Assembly: GCA_025360965.1 (NCBI GenBank) | Contig: JANYBC010000066.1 | Span: 16,594-80,593, forward strand | Reading direction: 5' to 3' | Length of the DNA stretch: 64,000 nt | Source of the DNA: Anaeromyxobacter sp. | Lineage (GTDB): Bacteria > Myxococcota > Myxococcia > Myxococcales > Anaeromyxobacteraceae | In this document: positions 1 through 9,670 of the stretch, piece after piece | Layout of the letters: each line of letters begins with the position of its first letter | Numbering within the stretch: the first letter of the stretch is position 1 | Made by a program: the position numbers and the translations under genes | Notes under the pieces: model-generated | Databases searched by the model: none | What the model saw: the letters and a program-made list of their open reading frames with translations, nothing else | Told to the model about the DNA's origin: nothing

Positions 1-80
1 ACCAGCCGCTCCTCGGCGGTCAGCTCGTCCTCCAGCCGCAGCGCGTCCTCCCACTGGAACACGGGATCGCTGGCACTCAC
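1..80 (-). CDS. glutaryl-CoA dehydrogenase-like acyl-CoA dehydrogenase, first 26 codons only (gene runs off the left edge)
   Basis: The reverse strand from GTG at 80-78 reads VSASDPVFQWEDALRLEDELTAEERLV with no stop up to position 1. The F.W.D.L.L...LT.EE pattern is what I recall from glutaryl-CoA dehydrogenase N-termini. It is divergent from the benzoyl-CoA operon, which fits the lower pathway. The fragment is too short for certainty. Confidence 0.4.
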   Translation of the reverse strand, partial: MSASDPVFQWEDALRLEDELTAEERL

Positions 81-124
81 TCTGGCCTCCCTCGGGCCCC
101 GGATCCGGGTGCGCCGGGACCGGG

Positions 125-161
125 TTGACGATGAACGTTGGATTCTGGTACGAGTTTACCA
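125..161 (+). promoter_or_regulatory. candidate promoter/operator of the had-oah-dch-bcr operon (TTGACG plus shared box ATTCTGGTACGNNTTTAC)
   Basis: It lies in a 164-bp AT-richer divergent spacer. TTGACG is at 125-130. ATTCTGGTACG (142-152) plus TTTAC (155-159) recurs with 16/18 identity at 20009-20026. The box contains a perfect inverted repeat TGGTA-N6-TACCA (146-161). A TGn-TACGAG extended -10-like element sits 18 nt after TTGACG. Confidence 0.4.
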
Positions 162-245
162 CTTTGACTTTGAGCCCGTCAATCGCCGCCCCGGTCCTGG
201 CCTGAGCGCGAGCGTGGCAACGGTTCACCAGGGGAGGCCGTCGAC

Positions 246-1304
246 ATGGCGCATCGCTGGGTGATGAAGGCGGTCGGCGAGCCGCTGGTAGAGGAGGCGA
301 TGCCGCTGGAGGCGCCGCCGCCCGGCGCGGTCTGGGTCGAGGTGGCCGGGTGCGGCGTCTGCCACACCGACCTCGGCTTCCTCCACGACGGGGTCAAGAC
401 CAACCACGCGCTCCCCCTCGCGCTCGGCCACGAGATCAGCGGGCGGGTGGTGGCGGCCGGGGCGGGCGCCGAGCCGCTGCTGGGGCGCGCGGTCATCGTC
501 CCGGCGGTCATCCCCTGCGGCGCCTGCGACGCCTGCCGTCGCGGCAAGGGGACCATCTGCGCTGCGCAGCAGATGCCCGGCAACGACATCCACGGCGGCT
601 TCGCCACCAACGTCCTGGTCCCGGCCCGTGGCCTCTGCCCCGTGGACGAGGCCCGGCTGGCCGGCGCCGGGCTGACGCTGGCCGACGTCTCGGTGGTGGC
701 CGACGCAGTCACGACGCCCTACCAGGCGGTGGTCCAGGCCGGCGTCGCCCCGGGGTCCCTGGCCATCGTCGTCGGCGTGGGCGGCGTCGGCTCCTACGCG
801 GCGCAGATCGCCCGGGCCGCCGGGGCCACCGTGGTGGCCGTCGACGTCGATCAGGCCAGGCTCGATCAGCTGGAGGCGCTGGGTGTCGCCCGGGGCTTCA
901 ACCCGCGCCAACTCGACCCCAAGGCGCTCAAGAAGGCGATCGCCGAGCACGCCAGATCCAGCGGGGCCTCGTCGCGTGAGTGGACCATCTTCGAGTGCTC
1001 CGGCAGCGCCGCCGGCCAGGCCACCGCCTGGGGGCTGCTGGTCCACGGGGCCACGCTGGCGGTGGTCGGCTTCACGATGGACAAGCTGGAGCTGCGCCTC
1101 TCCAACCTGATGGCCTTTCACGCCCGGGCCCTGGGGAACTGGGGCTGCGCGCCCGAGCTCTACCCGGCCGCGCTCGCGCTGGTGCTCGACGGCAAGGTCC
1201 AGCTGGCCCCGTACATCGAGCGCCACCCGCTGGCCCGCATCAACGAGGTCATCGCCCTGGCCCACCAGAAGAAGCTCACCCGCCGCGCCATCCTCACCCC
1301 CTGA
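246..1304 (+). CDS. had: 6-hydroxycyclohex-1-ene-1-carbonyl-CoA dehydrogenase (Zn-dependent MDR alcohol dehydrogenase family)
   Basis: 352-aa ORF with GGGGAGG 8 nt upstream of the ATG. MDR motifs are [24 protein letters not shown] and a Rossmann [13 protein letters not shown]. It is the first gene of a had-oah-dch-bcrCBAD array, as in Thauera aromatica. Confidence 0.75.
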   Translation: MAHRWVMKAVGEPLVEEAMPLEAPPPGAVWVEVAGCGVCHTDLGFLHDGVKTNHALPLALGHEISGRVVAAGAGAEPLLGRAVIVPAVIPCGACDACRRGKGTICAAQQMPGNDIHGGFATNVLVPARGLCPVDEARLAGAGLTLADVSVVADAVTTPYQAVVQAGVAPGSLAIVVGVGGVGSYAAQIARAAGATVVAVDVDQARLDQLEALGVARGFNPRQLDPKALKKAIAEHARSSGASSREWTIFECSGSAAGQATAWGLLVHGATLAVVGFTMDKLELRLSNLMAFHARALGNWGCAPELYPAALALVLDGKVQLAPYIERHPLARINEVIALAHQKKLTRRAILTP

Positions 1305-1321
1305 GCCACCGGAGCACGGAC

Positions 1322-2467
1322 ATGTCGAAGCGGACCAACCAGGTGATCAACGCGACGGCGCCGGCCATCATCAAGGACCACACGCTGGCGCCCATGCCGG
1401 CCGGCGTGGGGGTGCGCTTCGAGCGGAGGCCGGCCCACCGGCCCGACGGGAGCGAGGTGGCGGGGATCTTCAACGCCTGGATCACCCTCGACAACCAGGC
1501 CCAGTTCAACTCCTACACCACCGACATGGTCAAGGCGGTCATCCTGGCCTTCGGCGCAGCCTCCGCGGCGCGCGACGTGGTGGCGGTGGTCTTCACGGGC
1601 GCCGGCGACAGGGCCTTCTGCACCGGAGGGAACACCAAGGAGTACGCCGAGTACTACGCCGGGAACCCCCAGGAGTACCGCCAGTACATGCGGCTCTTCA
1701 ACGACATGGTGAGCGCCATCCTCGGCTGCGACAAGCCGGTGGTCTGCCGCGTCAACGGCATGCGCATCGGCGGCGGCCAGGAGATCGGGATGGCCTGCGA
1801 CTTCTCAATCGCCCAGGACCTGGCCCGCTTCGGGCAGGCCGGCCCCAAGCACGGCTCGGCCCCCATCGGCGGCGCCACCGACTTCCTCCCGGTCCTGCTC
1901 GGCGGCGAGCGGGCCATGGAGACCGGCCTGCTCTGCGAGCCCTGGAGCGCCCACCGCGCCTACCGCGAGGGGATGATCACCGACGTGGTCCCGGCCCTCA
2001 AGGTGGACGGGAAGTTCGTGGCCAACCCGCTGGTCTGGACCGACCGGCTCCTCGACGAGCACGGCCGCTTCCTCCACGGCGAGGCCAAGACCGGGGCCGA
2101 CCTCGACGCCGGCAAGGCGCTCGTGAAGCGCGGCGCCGTCGACCTCTCGCTGCTCGACCAGCGGGTCGAGGCGCTCTGCGCCAAGCTGCTGCTCACCTTC
2201 CCCGACTGCACCACCAAGACCATCGAGGAGCTGCGCAAGCCGAAGCTGCAGGCCTGGAACGCCAACAAGGAGAACTCCCGCGCCTGGCTGGCCCTCAACA
2301 TGATGACCGAGGCCCGCACCGGCTTCCGCGCCTTCAACGAGGGGACCAAGGAGGACCGCGAGGCCGACTTCGTGGCGCTCCGGCAGGCTTTGGCGCGCGC
2401 CACGCCGTGGACCCCGGAGCTGGTCGAGAGCCTGCTGCCGGCCGCCAAGGCCGACGGTGGAGCGTGA
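1322..2467 (+). CDS. oah: 6-oxocyclohex-1-ene-1-carbonyl-CoA hydrolase (ring-cleaving crotonase, Oah/BamA)
   Basis: 381 aa starting at MSKRTNQVINATAP, with GGAG 7 nt upstream. It has a crotonase core (AFCTGGN, GGGQEIGMACDF) and the long C-terminal extension typical of Oah/BamA. The 114 extra N-terminal codons in the ORF track overlap had and are Arg/Pro/Gly run-on. Confidence 0.85.
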   Translation: MSKRTNQVINATAPAIIKDHTLAPMPAGVGVRFERRPAHRPDGSEVAGIFNAWITLDNQAQFNSYTTDMVKAVILAFGAASAARDVVAVVFTGAGDRAFCTGGNTKEYAEYYAGNPQEYRQYMRLFNDMVSAILGCDKPVVCRVNGMRIGGGQEIGMACDFSIAQDLARFGQAGPKHGSAPIGGATDFLPVLLGGERAMETGLLCEPWSAHRAYREGMITDVVPALKVDGKFVANPLVWTDRLLDEHGRFLHGEAKTGADLDAGKALVKRGAVDLSLLDQRVEALCAKLLLTFPDCTTKTIEELRKPKLQAWNANKENSRAWLALNMMTEARTGFRAFNEGTKEDREADFVALRQALARATPWTPELVESLLPAAKADGGA

Positions 2468-3249
2468 TGGGCGCCCCGGCTCCGGTGCGCGCCTGGCGGG
2501 AGCGCGACGGCCGCCTGCTCCGGCTCCGGCTCGATCGGCCCAAGGCCAACCTCCTCGACGCGGCGATGATCGCGGCGCTCGACGCCGCCTTCGCCGCGGC
2601 CGGCGCCGGCGGTGAGGGGCCGGCGCTGCGGGCCATCCTGCTCGACGCCGAGGGGCCGCACTTCAGCTTCGGCGCCAGCGTCGAGGAGCACCTGCCGGCC
2701 AACTGCGCCGCCATGCTCGGCGCCTTCCACGCGCTCCTGCTGCGGATGCTCGAGCTCCCCGTCCCCATCCTGGTGGCGGTGAGGGGGCAGTGCCTCGGCG
2801 GCGGCCTGGAGCTGGCCAGCGCCGCGCACCTGCTCTTCGCCGCCCCGGACGCCAGGCTGGGCCAGCCCGAGATCGTCCTGGGGGTCTTCGCCCCGGCCGC
2901 CTCCTGCCTGCTCCCCGAGCGGATCGGCCTGGGCGCGGCCGACGACCTGCTCCTCTCGGGCCGCGCCATCGACGGCGTCGAGGCGCACCGGCTCGGCCTG
3001 GCCTGCAGCGTCTCCCCTGACCCCGAGGCCGCCGCCCTGGCCTGGTTCGACGCCCACCTGGCAGGCCGCTCCGCCACCTCGCTCGGCTTCGCGGCCCGCG
3101 CCACGCGGCTCGGGCTCATGGAGCGGGTCCGCGCCCGGTTGACCGCGCTGGAGCGGCTCTACCTCGACGAGCTGATGTCGCGCCGCGATCCGATCGAGGG
3201 GCTGACCGCCTTCCTCGAGAAGCGGCCGGCCCGCTGGGAGGATCGCTGA
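2467..3249 (+). CDS. dch: cyclohexa-1,5-diene-1-carbonyl-CoA hydratase (enoyl-CoA hydratase family)
   Basis: 260 aa. The ATG at 2467 overlaps the oah stop (GTGATG). Crotonase motifs are HFSFGASVEEH and GQCLGGGLELA. Its position between oah and bcrC matches the Thauera cluster. Confidence 0.7.
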   Translation: MGAPAPVRAWRERDGRLLRLRLDRPKANLLDAAMIAALDAAFAAAGAGGEGPALRAILLDAEGPHFSFGASVEEHLPANCAAMLGAFHALLLRMLELPVPILVAVRGQCLGGGLELASAAHLLFAAPDARLGQPEIVLGVFAPAASCLLPERIGLGAADDLLLSGRAIDGVEAHRLGLACSVSPDPEAAALAWFDAHLAGRSATSLGFAARATRLGLMERVRARLTALERLYLDELMSRRDPIEGLTAFLEKRPARWEDR

Positions 3250-3251
3250 CC

Positions 3252-4427
3252 ATGCCCGCCCCCACCACCGCCGCGCTGGTGACGCGCTGCCAGGCGCTCT
3301 TCGACGACCTCTCGTTCGGCGCGGCGCGGGAGTGGAAGGCCGCCGCCGCCGGCCGCCGGGTGGTCGCCTACATGCCCATCTACGTGCCGCGGGAGCTGAT
3401 CCACGCGGCCGGGATGCTGCCGCTCGGGATCCTCGGGGCCGGCGAGAACCTCGAGGTCATCCACGGCGACGCCTACTACCAGAGCTACATCTGCCGGATC
3501 CCGCGCTCGACGCTCGACCTCGGGATCACCGGCCGGCTCGACTTCGTCGACGGGTTCCTCTTCCCCTCCATCTGCGACGTCATCCGCAACCTCTCCGGCA
3601 TCTGGAAGATCCTCTTCCCCAAGGTCTACGTCCACTACTTCGACGTGCCCCAGAACTTCGATCCCGAGGTGGGCGGGGTCTTCTACCGGCAGGAGCTCCA
3701 GGAGCTCCGAGAGGCCCTGGCCCGCCTGGCCGGCCGGCCCATCACCGACGACGCGCTGCGGGCCTCGTTCGCCCTCTACAACCAGAACCGGCGGCTGGTC
3801 CGCGAGCTCTACGCCTTCCGCGCCGGGGCTCCCTGGCGGGCGCCGGCCTCGGAGACCTACCTGGTGCTGCGGGCCGGGATGGTGCTCCCGGTCGAGGAGC
3901 ACAACCAGCTGCTGGCCGACTACCTGGCCGCCGCCCGGGCCGAGGAGCGGCCCCGCCGCGACAACTGCCGCATCGTCCTCAACGGCGTCTTCTGCGAGCA
4001 GCCGCCGCTCAGCATGATCAAGGCCATCGAGATGTCGGGCTGCTACATCGTCGACGACGACTTCATGCTGGTGCACCGCTGGCTCCTCGAGGACCTCCCG
4101 GTCACCGGCGATCCCATCGCCGCCCTGTCGACCGCCTTCCTCAGCGGCTCGACCGAGAACGGGGCCAAGTACCAGCCCCGCCAGGAGCTCAAGGGGCAGT
4201 ACATCCTCGAGGCCGTCAGGGCCAACGCCGCCGAGGGGGTCATCTTCGCGGCCCCCAGCTTCTGTGACCCGGCCCTGCTGGAGCGCCCCATGCTGGAGAA
4301 GGTGCTCGACCGGGTCGACGTGCCGCACATCGGCTTCAAGTACGCGGAGAACTCGGCGCAGCTGCAGCCGGTCCGCGAGCAGGCCGGTACCTTCGCCGAT
4401 TCGATCAAGCTCTGGAGCACGCCATGA
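3252..4427 (+). CDS. bcrC: benzoyl-CoA reductase subunit C (gamma; 2-hydroxyacyl-CoA dehydratase D-component fold)
   Basis: 391 aa of the HgdB/BcrC family ([35 protein letters not shown]). The stop overlaps the bcrB start (ATGA at 4424-4427). Confidence 0.85.
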   Translation: MPAPTTAALVTRCQALFDDLSFGAAREWKAAAAGRRVVAYMPIYVPRELIHAAGMLPLGILGAGENLEVIHGDAYYQSYICRIPRSTLDLGITGRLDFVDGFLFPSICDVIRNLSGIWKILFPKVYVHYFDVPQNFDPEVGGVFYRQELQELREALARLAGRPITDDALRASFALYNQNRRLVRELYAFRAGAPWRAPASETYLVLRAGMVLPVEEHNQLLADYLAAARAEERPRRDNCRIVLNGVFCEQPPLSMIKAIEMSGCYIVDDDFMLVHRWLLEDLPVTGDPIAALSTAFLSGSTENGAKYQPRQELKGQYILEAVRANAAEGVIFAAPSFCDPALLERPMLEKVLDRVDVPHIGFKYAENSAQLQPVREQAGTFADSIKLWSTP

Positions 4428-5743
4428 CCGTCAAGCCAGCCTCCCTCCGACCGCAGGCGCCGGTCCGCGAGGTCGTCAAGGAAGCGTCGATGGTGAAGCA
4501 GAAGGAGATGATCGCCAGGAACTACGATCTCCTCACCAGCACCGCCGAGCACGGCCGCAAGGTCGCCTCGACCTTCGTCCCGGGGAACCTGAACGAGCTG
4601 ATCATGTGCTTCGACATGCTCAACAACCTGCCGGAGATCAACGCCATCCAGAACGGCATGCGCAAGATCTCTGGGGACTACATCACCGAGGCCGAGAAGC
4701 GCGGCCACTCCGAGGACGTCTGCACCTACGTCAAGGCCGACCTGGGGATGATCGCCAAGGGCAACGTCTCGCCCAACGGCAAGCCGCTGCCGCGCCCCGA
4801 CCTGCTGCTGCTCTCCTACACCGGCTGCTTCACCTTCATGAAGTGGTTCGAGCTGCTCCGCGAGGAGTACAAGTGCCCCACCGTGATGCTCCACGTCCCC
4901 TACCAGGGGGACGGGGAGACGACGCGGAACATGCGGGACTACATCGTCAAGCAGCTCAAGCAGGAGGTCATCCCGGCCCTGGAGCGGGTCTCCGGGGTGA
5001 AGTTCGACATCGACCGGCTCCGCGGCTACCTGCGCGAGTCGGCGCGCGCCGAGGACGACCTGGTCTGGGTGCTGGAGAGCGCCAAGCAGACGCCGGCGCC
5101 CATCGACGCCTACTTCGGCGGCGTCTACTACATCGGACCCATCTTCACGGCCTTCCGCGGCACGCCCGACGCCACCGAGTACTACCGGCTGCTCCGCGCC
5201 GAGATCGAGGAGCGCCTCCGGCTGGGGCTCGGGCCCATCACGCCCGAGGGCGACATGAAGAGCCAGAAGTACCGGCTGGTGGTCGAGGGGCCACCCAACT
5301 GGACCAGCTTCCGCGAGTTCTGGAAGATGTTCTACGACGACGGCGCGGTGGTGGTGGCCTCCAGCTACACCAAGGTGGGCGGCACCTACGACCTCGGCTT
5401 CCGCCACGATCCCGACCACCCGCTCGAGTCGCTGGCCGACTACTGCATGGGGGTCTACACCAACCGCAACCTGCCCCAGCGCATCGACCTGCTCGAGAAG
5501 TACATGGACGAGTACCAGGCCGATGGGCTCCTCATCAACTCCATCAAGAGCTGCAACAGCTTCTCGGCCGGCCAGCTCATGATCATGCGCGAGGTGGAGA
5601 AGCGCACCGGCAAGCCGGCCGCCTTCATCGAGACCGATCTCGTCGACCCGCGCTACTTCTCGGCCGCCAACGTGAAGAACCGGCTCGAGAGCTACTTCCA
5701 GATGATCGACCAGAAGCGCGGCAGCGCCCCGTCCGCGGCCTGA
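4424..5743 (+). CDS. bcrB: benzoyl-CoA reductase subunit B (beta)
   Basis: 439 aa with GGAG at 4414-4417. It is a dehydratase-component paralogue ([22 protein letters not shown]). Its size and order match Thauera BcrB. Confidence 0.85.
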   Translation: MTVKPASLRPQAPVREVVKEASMVKQKEMIARNYDLLTSTAEHGRKVASTFVPGNLNELIMCFDMLNNLPEINAIQNGMRKISGDYITEAEKRGHSEDVCTYVKADLGMIAKGNVSPNGKPLPRPDLLLLSYTGCFTFMKWFELLREEYKCPTVMLHVPYQGDGETTRNMRDYIVKQLKQEVIPALERVSGVKFDIDRLRGYLRESARAEDDLVWVLESAKQTPAPIDAYFGGVYYIGPIFTAFRGTPDATEYYRLLRAEIEERLRLGLGPITPEGDMKSQKYRLVVEGPPNWTSFREFWKMFYDDGAVVVASSYTKVGGTYDLGFRHDPDHPLESLADYCMGVYTNRNLPQRIDLLEKYMDEYQADGLLINSIKSCNSFSAGQLMIMREVEKRTGKPAAFIETDLVDPRYFSAANVKNRLESYFQMIDQKRGSAPSAA

Positions 5744-5763
5744 CCACCGGGGAGAGGACGCCC

Positions 5764-7095
5764 ATGAAGTGCTACGTCGGCATCGACCTCGGTTCGACCA
5801 CCACCAAGTCGGTGATCATCGACGAGGAGGCCAAGGTGCTGGGGCGGGGCATCACCAACTCCCGCTCCAACTACGACACCGCCGCGGCGGTCTCCAAGCA
5901 GGAGGCCTTCGTGGCGGCCCGCTTCACGCTCTTCCGCCGCGCCCTCTCGGCGGCGCCGGCCCTGGCCGGCCGGGTCGACGGCCTGCTGGTCGACCTGGAG
6001 CGCCACTTCCGCATGGTGCAGTTCCGCGCCCAGCTCCGCGACCTGGAGGCGACCTGCCTGCGCAACTGCGGCAGCCTGCGCTTCGCGGGGCGGGAGCAGG
6101 CGCTGGCCGAGGCGCTCGCGGCGGTCTTCCGCCAGCTCCAGGCCGAGTCGACGGCGCTCTTCGCCCCCGGGGCGCGGCGCCGCTCCGACTTCTTCCGCGA
6201 CCTGGCCGGCTCCGGCTTCATGGCCGCCGCCGAGCCGGTCTGCAAGTCCTCCGGCCTCTCCTTCGACCTGCTGCTCAACGTCTACGACAAGTCGATCATC
6301 GAGGTGGAGAACCGCAAGGAGGAGGTGGGGATGGAGGGCCGCTTCCTCGAGGCCCTCGACAGCGTCCTCGGCGCCCGCGCCGCCGGGGGAGCGGTGGCGG
6401 GCCCGCCGCTCTCTGCCGACGAGGTGGTCCTCCCGGTCCGGGGCGCGCTGCAGATCCCGCTCGAGGAGGTCGCCGTGGTGGGGACCGGCTACGGCCGGGT
6501 CCGCCTCCCCTTCCCGAAGGAGCAGATCCGCTCGGAGATCCTCTGCCACGGCCTCGGCGCCCACCTCATGCACGAGGGGACCCGGACCGTGCTCGACATC
6601 GGCGGCCAGGACACCAAGGCCATCCAGGTTGACGAGCGCGGCATCGTCGAGAACTTCCAGATGAACGACCGGTGCGCCGCCGGCACCGGACGCTACCTGG
6701 GCTACGTCGCCGACGAGATGCAGATGGGGCTCCACGAGCTCGGGCCCATGGCGCTCAAGGCCACCAAGACCCTCCGCATCAACTCGACCTGCACGGTCTT
6801 CGCCGGCGCCGAGCTGCGCGACCGGCTGGCGCTGGGGGACAAGCGCGAGGACATCCTGGCCGGCCTCCACCGCGCCATCATCCTGCGGGCCATGTCGATC
6901 ATCTCCCGCTCGGGCGGGATCCGCGACCAGTTCACCTTCACCGGCGGCGTCGCCAAGAACGAGGCGGCGGTCCGGGAGCTCCGCAACCTGGTCAAGGAGA
7001 ACTACGGCGACGTCACCATCAACATCAACCCGGACTCGATCTACACCGGCGCGCTCGGGGCGGCGGCGTTCGCCCGGCGCGGCGCCACGGCCTGA
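5764..7095 (+). CDS. bcrA: benzoyl-CoA reductase subunit A (alpha; BcrAD/BadFG-type ATPase with long insertion)
   Basis: 443 aa starting at [17 protein letters not shown], with actin-fold ATPase motifs ([30 protein letters not shown]). About 190 aa are inserted after the first phosphate loop, as in BcrA. The upstream part of the 943-aa track ORF is a run-on through bcrB. Confidence 0.85.
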   Translation: MKCYVGIDLGSTTTKSVIIDEEAKVLGRGITNSRSNYDTAAAVSKQEAFVAARFTLFRRALSAAPALAGRVDGLLVDLERHFRMVQFRAQLRDLEATCLRNCGSLRFAGREQALAEALAAVFRQLQAESTALFAPGARRRSDFFRDLAGSGFMAAAEPVCKSSGLSFDLLLNVYDKSIIEVENRKEEVGMEGRFLEALDSVLGARAAGGAVAGPPLSADEVVLPVRGALQIPLEEVAVVGTGYGRVRLPFPKEQIRSEILCHGLGAHLMHEGTRTVLDIGGQDTKAIQVDERGIVENFQMNDRCAAGTGRYLGYVADEMQMGLHELGPMALKATKTLRINSTCTVFAGAELRDRLALGDKREDILAGLHRAIILRAMSIISRSGGIRDQFTFTGGVAKNEAAVRELRNLVKENYGDVTININPDSIYTGALGAAAFARRGATA

Positions 7096-7111
7096 GCGGC
7101 CAGGAGCAACC

Positions 7112-7957
7112 ATGACCATCACGGCGGGCATCGACGTGGGCACCGGCTGCGTCAAGGTGGCGCTCTTCGAGACCGGCGGCGGCACCGTGCGCTGGCTGGG
7201 GCGGCGCGTCGACCGGATCCGGCAGCGCGACCCCTACGCCCTGACCGCCGAGGCCTTCGACGGCGTGCTGAAGGAGGCCGGCCTCGGCCGCGGCGACGTC
7301 GCCTACACCGCCACCACCGGCGACGGCGAGAGCATCGCCTTCGCCACCGGCCACTTCTACTCCATGACCACGCACGCCCGGGGCGCCATCCACCTCGACC
7401 CCACCACGCGGCTGGTCCTCGACGTCGGCGCGCTCCACGGCCGGGCCATCCGCACCGACGCCCGCGGCAAGGTGCTCTCCTACAAGATGACCAGCCAGTG
7501 CGCCTCCGGCTCCGGCCAGTTCCTGGAGAACATCGCGCGCTACCTGGGGATCGCCCAGGACGAGATCGGCACGCTCTCGCTGCAGGGGACGGCGCCGGAG
7601 AAGGTCTCCTCGATCTGCGCGGTGCTGGCCGAGACCGACGTCATCAACATGGTCTCGCGCGGCATCTCGGCGGCCAATATCCTCAAGGGGATCCACGTCT
7701 CCATGGCGCAGCGGCTGGCGGCGCTGGTCCGCGGCATCGGCGTGCTGGAGGGGACGGTCCTGGTGACCGGCGGCCTGGGGCTCGACGCGGGCCTGGTGGC
7801 CGCCATCCAGGAGGCGGGCGCCGAGGCCCAGCTCCCGGTCCAGGTGAGGAGCCACCCCGACGCCATCTACGCCGGGGCCATCGGCGCCGCGCTCTGGGGC
7901 GCCTTCCGTCACCAGAAGCTGGCGGCCCAGGTCGCCGCCTCACCGGCCGCCTCGTGA
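7112..7957 (+). CDS. bcrD: benzoyl-CoA reductase subunit D (delta; BcrAD/BadFG-type ATPase)
   Basis: 281 aa with AGGAG at 7102-7106. Motifs are GIDVGTGCVKVAL and TSQCASGSGQFL. The short ATPase follows the long one, which is the Thauera/Rhodopseudomonas order. Confidence 0.85.
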   Translation: MTITAGIDVGTGCVKVALFETGGGTVRWLGRRVDRIRQRDPYALTAEAFDGVLKEAGLGRGDVAYTATTGDGESIAFATGHFYSMTTHARGAIHLDPTTRLVLDVGALHGRAIRTDARGKVLSYKMTSQCASGSGQFLENIARYLGIAQDEIGTLSLQGTAPEKVSSICAVLAETDVINMVSRGISAANILKGIHVSMAQRLAALVRGIGVLEGTVLVTGGLGLDAGLVAAIQEAGAEAQLPVQVRSHPDAIYAGAIGAALWGAFRHQKLAAQVAASPAAS

Positions 7958-7964
7958 GGAGCCC

Positions 7965-8879
7965 ATGACCACTCCAGGCACGACCCGCGCCCTCTCCGCC
8001 GCCGATCTCGACGCGGTGGTGGCCATCGATCGCGAGCGGAGCGGCCGCACCCGGACGGAGTTCTGCGCCCGTCGCCTCCGCGCCCTCGCCGAGGCCCCGG
8101 AGGCAGGGGTGGGGGTGGCCGCCGTGCGGGGCGGCCGCCTGGCCGGCTACGCCCTGGCCCGGATCCAGGACGGGGAGTTCGGTGGGCAGGCGCCCGCCGG
8201 GGTCCTCGACGCCATCGGTGTGGAGACCGCCGCGCTCCACCAGGGGGTCGCCACCGACGTGCTGCGCGCCCTCGACGGCGCCCTGCTGGCCCGCGGCGCC
8301 AGGGAGCTCCGGACCCAGGTCGAGTGGACCGATCTCGGGCTGGCCGCCTTCTTCGCCCGCGCAGGCTTCCGCCTCTCGCCGCGCCTGGTGCTGGAGCGGA
8401 ACCTGGAGCGGCTCCCCGACCAGGAGACCGCCGGGATCGAGCTCCCGGTCCGCTCCATGGCCGAGAAGGACCTCAGGGCCATCGTCCGGCTCGACAAGAA
8501 GGTGACCCGGCGCGACCGCTCGGCCTACTACCAGCGCAAGCTGGGCGAGGCGCTGCGCGGCTCGGCCATCCGCATGGGGCTGGTGGCCGAGCAGGGCGGG
8601 CGGCTGACCGGGTTCCTCATGGCGCGGGTCGAGTTCGGCGAGTTCGGCCGCGCCGAGCCGACCGCGGTGCTCGACACCATCGCCGTGGACCCGGACGATC
8701 GCGGCGAGGGCATCGGGCGGGCCCTCCTCGAGCAGCTGCTCCTCAACCTGGAGGGGCTGCGGGCCGAGCGGGTGGTCACCGAGGCCGACTGGCGCGAGAT
8801 CCCGCTGCTGGCCTTCCTGGCCCGGACCGGCTTCACCAGCTCGCAACGCCTCGCCTTCACGCGCCCCATCGCCGGCTGA
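7965..8879 (+). CDS. tandem-GNAT acyltransferase (two acetyltransferase domains)
   Basis: 304 aa. GAGGAG overlaps the bcrD stop and the gap to bcrD is 7 nt. The two halves have the same layout: DAIGVETAALHQGVATDVLRAL...FFARAGF and DTIAVDPDDRGEGIGRALLEQL...FLARTGF. The second half keeps a Q/RxxGxG/A-like acyl-CoA loop (RGEGIGRA), while the first looks degenerate (HQGVATD). Confidence 0.7.
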   Translation: MTTPGTTRALSAADLDAVVAIDRERSGRTRTEFCARRLRALAEAPEAGVGVAAVRGGRLAGYALARIQDGEFGGQAPAGVLDAIGVETAALHQGVATDVLRALDGALLARGARELRTQVEWTDLGLAAFFARAGFRLSPRLVLERNLERLPDQETAGIELPVRSMAEKDLRAIVRLDKKVTRRDRSAYYQRKLGEALRGSAIRMGLVAEQGGRLTGFLMARVEFGEFGRAEPTAVLDTIAVDPDDRGEGIGRALLEQLLLNLEGLRAERVVTEADWREIPLLAFLARTGFTSSQRLAFTRPIAG

Positions 8880-8896
8880 CCCTCACCGAGGACCCC

Positions 8897-9625
8897 ATGA
8901 CCGAGCCCACCCCACGCACCGACGGCCGCTTCGACGGCCGCTGCGCCCTGGTCACCGGGGGAGCGCGAGGCATCGGCCGCGCCATCGCCGAGCGGCTGGC
9001 CGGCCTGGGGGCCGAGGTCCACGTGCTCGACCGCGAGGCCGCGGCCGGCGGCGGCGCCATCCGGTTTCACCCCGTCGACATCACCGACGCCCGGGCGGTG
9101 GAGGCGGCCATCGGCGGCATGGCGCGCCCTCCGCTCCTGCTCGTCAACAACGCCGGCATCACCCGCGACCGCAGCCTGCTCAAGATGAGCGACGAGGAGT
9201 GGGACTCGGTGATCGGCGTCAACCTCACCGGCGCCTTCCACGTCCTGCGCGCCGCAGCCCCGGGCATGGTGTCCGCCGGCTACGGCCGCGTCGTCAACGT
9301 GGTCTCCATCAACGGCCTGCGCGGCAAGTTCGGCCAGGCCAACTACAGCGCCTCCAAGGCCGGGCTGATCGGGCTCACCAAGACCGCGGCCCGCGAGCTG
9401 GGGCCGAAGGGCGTCACCGTCAACGCCGTGGCGCCCGGGATGGTCCTCACCGAGCTGACCCTGGCGCTGGCGCCCGAGCACCGGCAGAAGGCCCTCGAGG
9501 AGACGCTCCTGAGGCGGCTCCCCGAGGTGGGTGACGTGGCCGCCGCGGTCCTCTTCCTGCTCTCCGACGCCGCCGGCATGATCACCGGCGAGGTGATCCG
9601 GGTGGACGCCGGGCAGTACGTGTAG
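8897..9625 (+). CDS. short-chain dehydrogenase/reductase (FabG-like 3-oxo/3-hydroxyacyl reductase)
   Basis: 242 aa with TGGARGIGRA (TGxxxGxG), NNAG and YSASK (YxxxK). Confidence 0.85.
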   Translation: MTEPTPRTDGRFDGRCALVTGGARGIGRAIAERLAGLGAEVHVLDREAAAGGGAIRFHPVDITDARAVEAAIGGMARPPLLLVNNAGITRDRSLLKMSDEEWDSVIGVNLTGAFHVLRAAAPGMVSAGYGRVVNVVSINGLRGKFGQANYSASKAGLIGLTKTAARELGPKGVTVNAVAPGMVLTELTLALAPEHRQKALEETLLRRLPEVGDVAAAVLFLLSDAAGMITGEVIRVDAGQYV

Positions 9626-9670
9626 GGTCCAGCCGCGACGACCCATGGCCACCGACAGGAGCAGACGTGA

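Noticed and set aside
142-159. A sigma-54 promoter reading of CTGGTACG-N-TTTAC.
   Set aside because: The -24-like TGGTAC is acceptable, but the -12 element is TTAC/TACC instead of TTGC. The GG-to-(G)C spacing is one base short of the invariant GG-N10-GC. No enhancer-binding protein gene is nearby. It is kept as an unexplained shared box instead.
980-1321. N-terminal extensions in the ORF track: oah as 495 aa, bcrA as 943 aa, CGL as 913 aa, iorB as 1055 aa and paaK1 as 690 aa.
   Set aside because: The extensions overlap the preceding genes and are Arg/Pro/Gly-rich. Internal starts with Shine-Dalgarno sequences or 1-4 nt stop/start overlaps give proteins of the expected family length.
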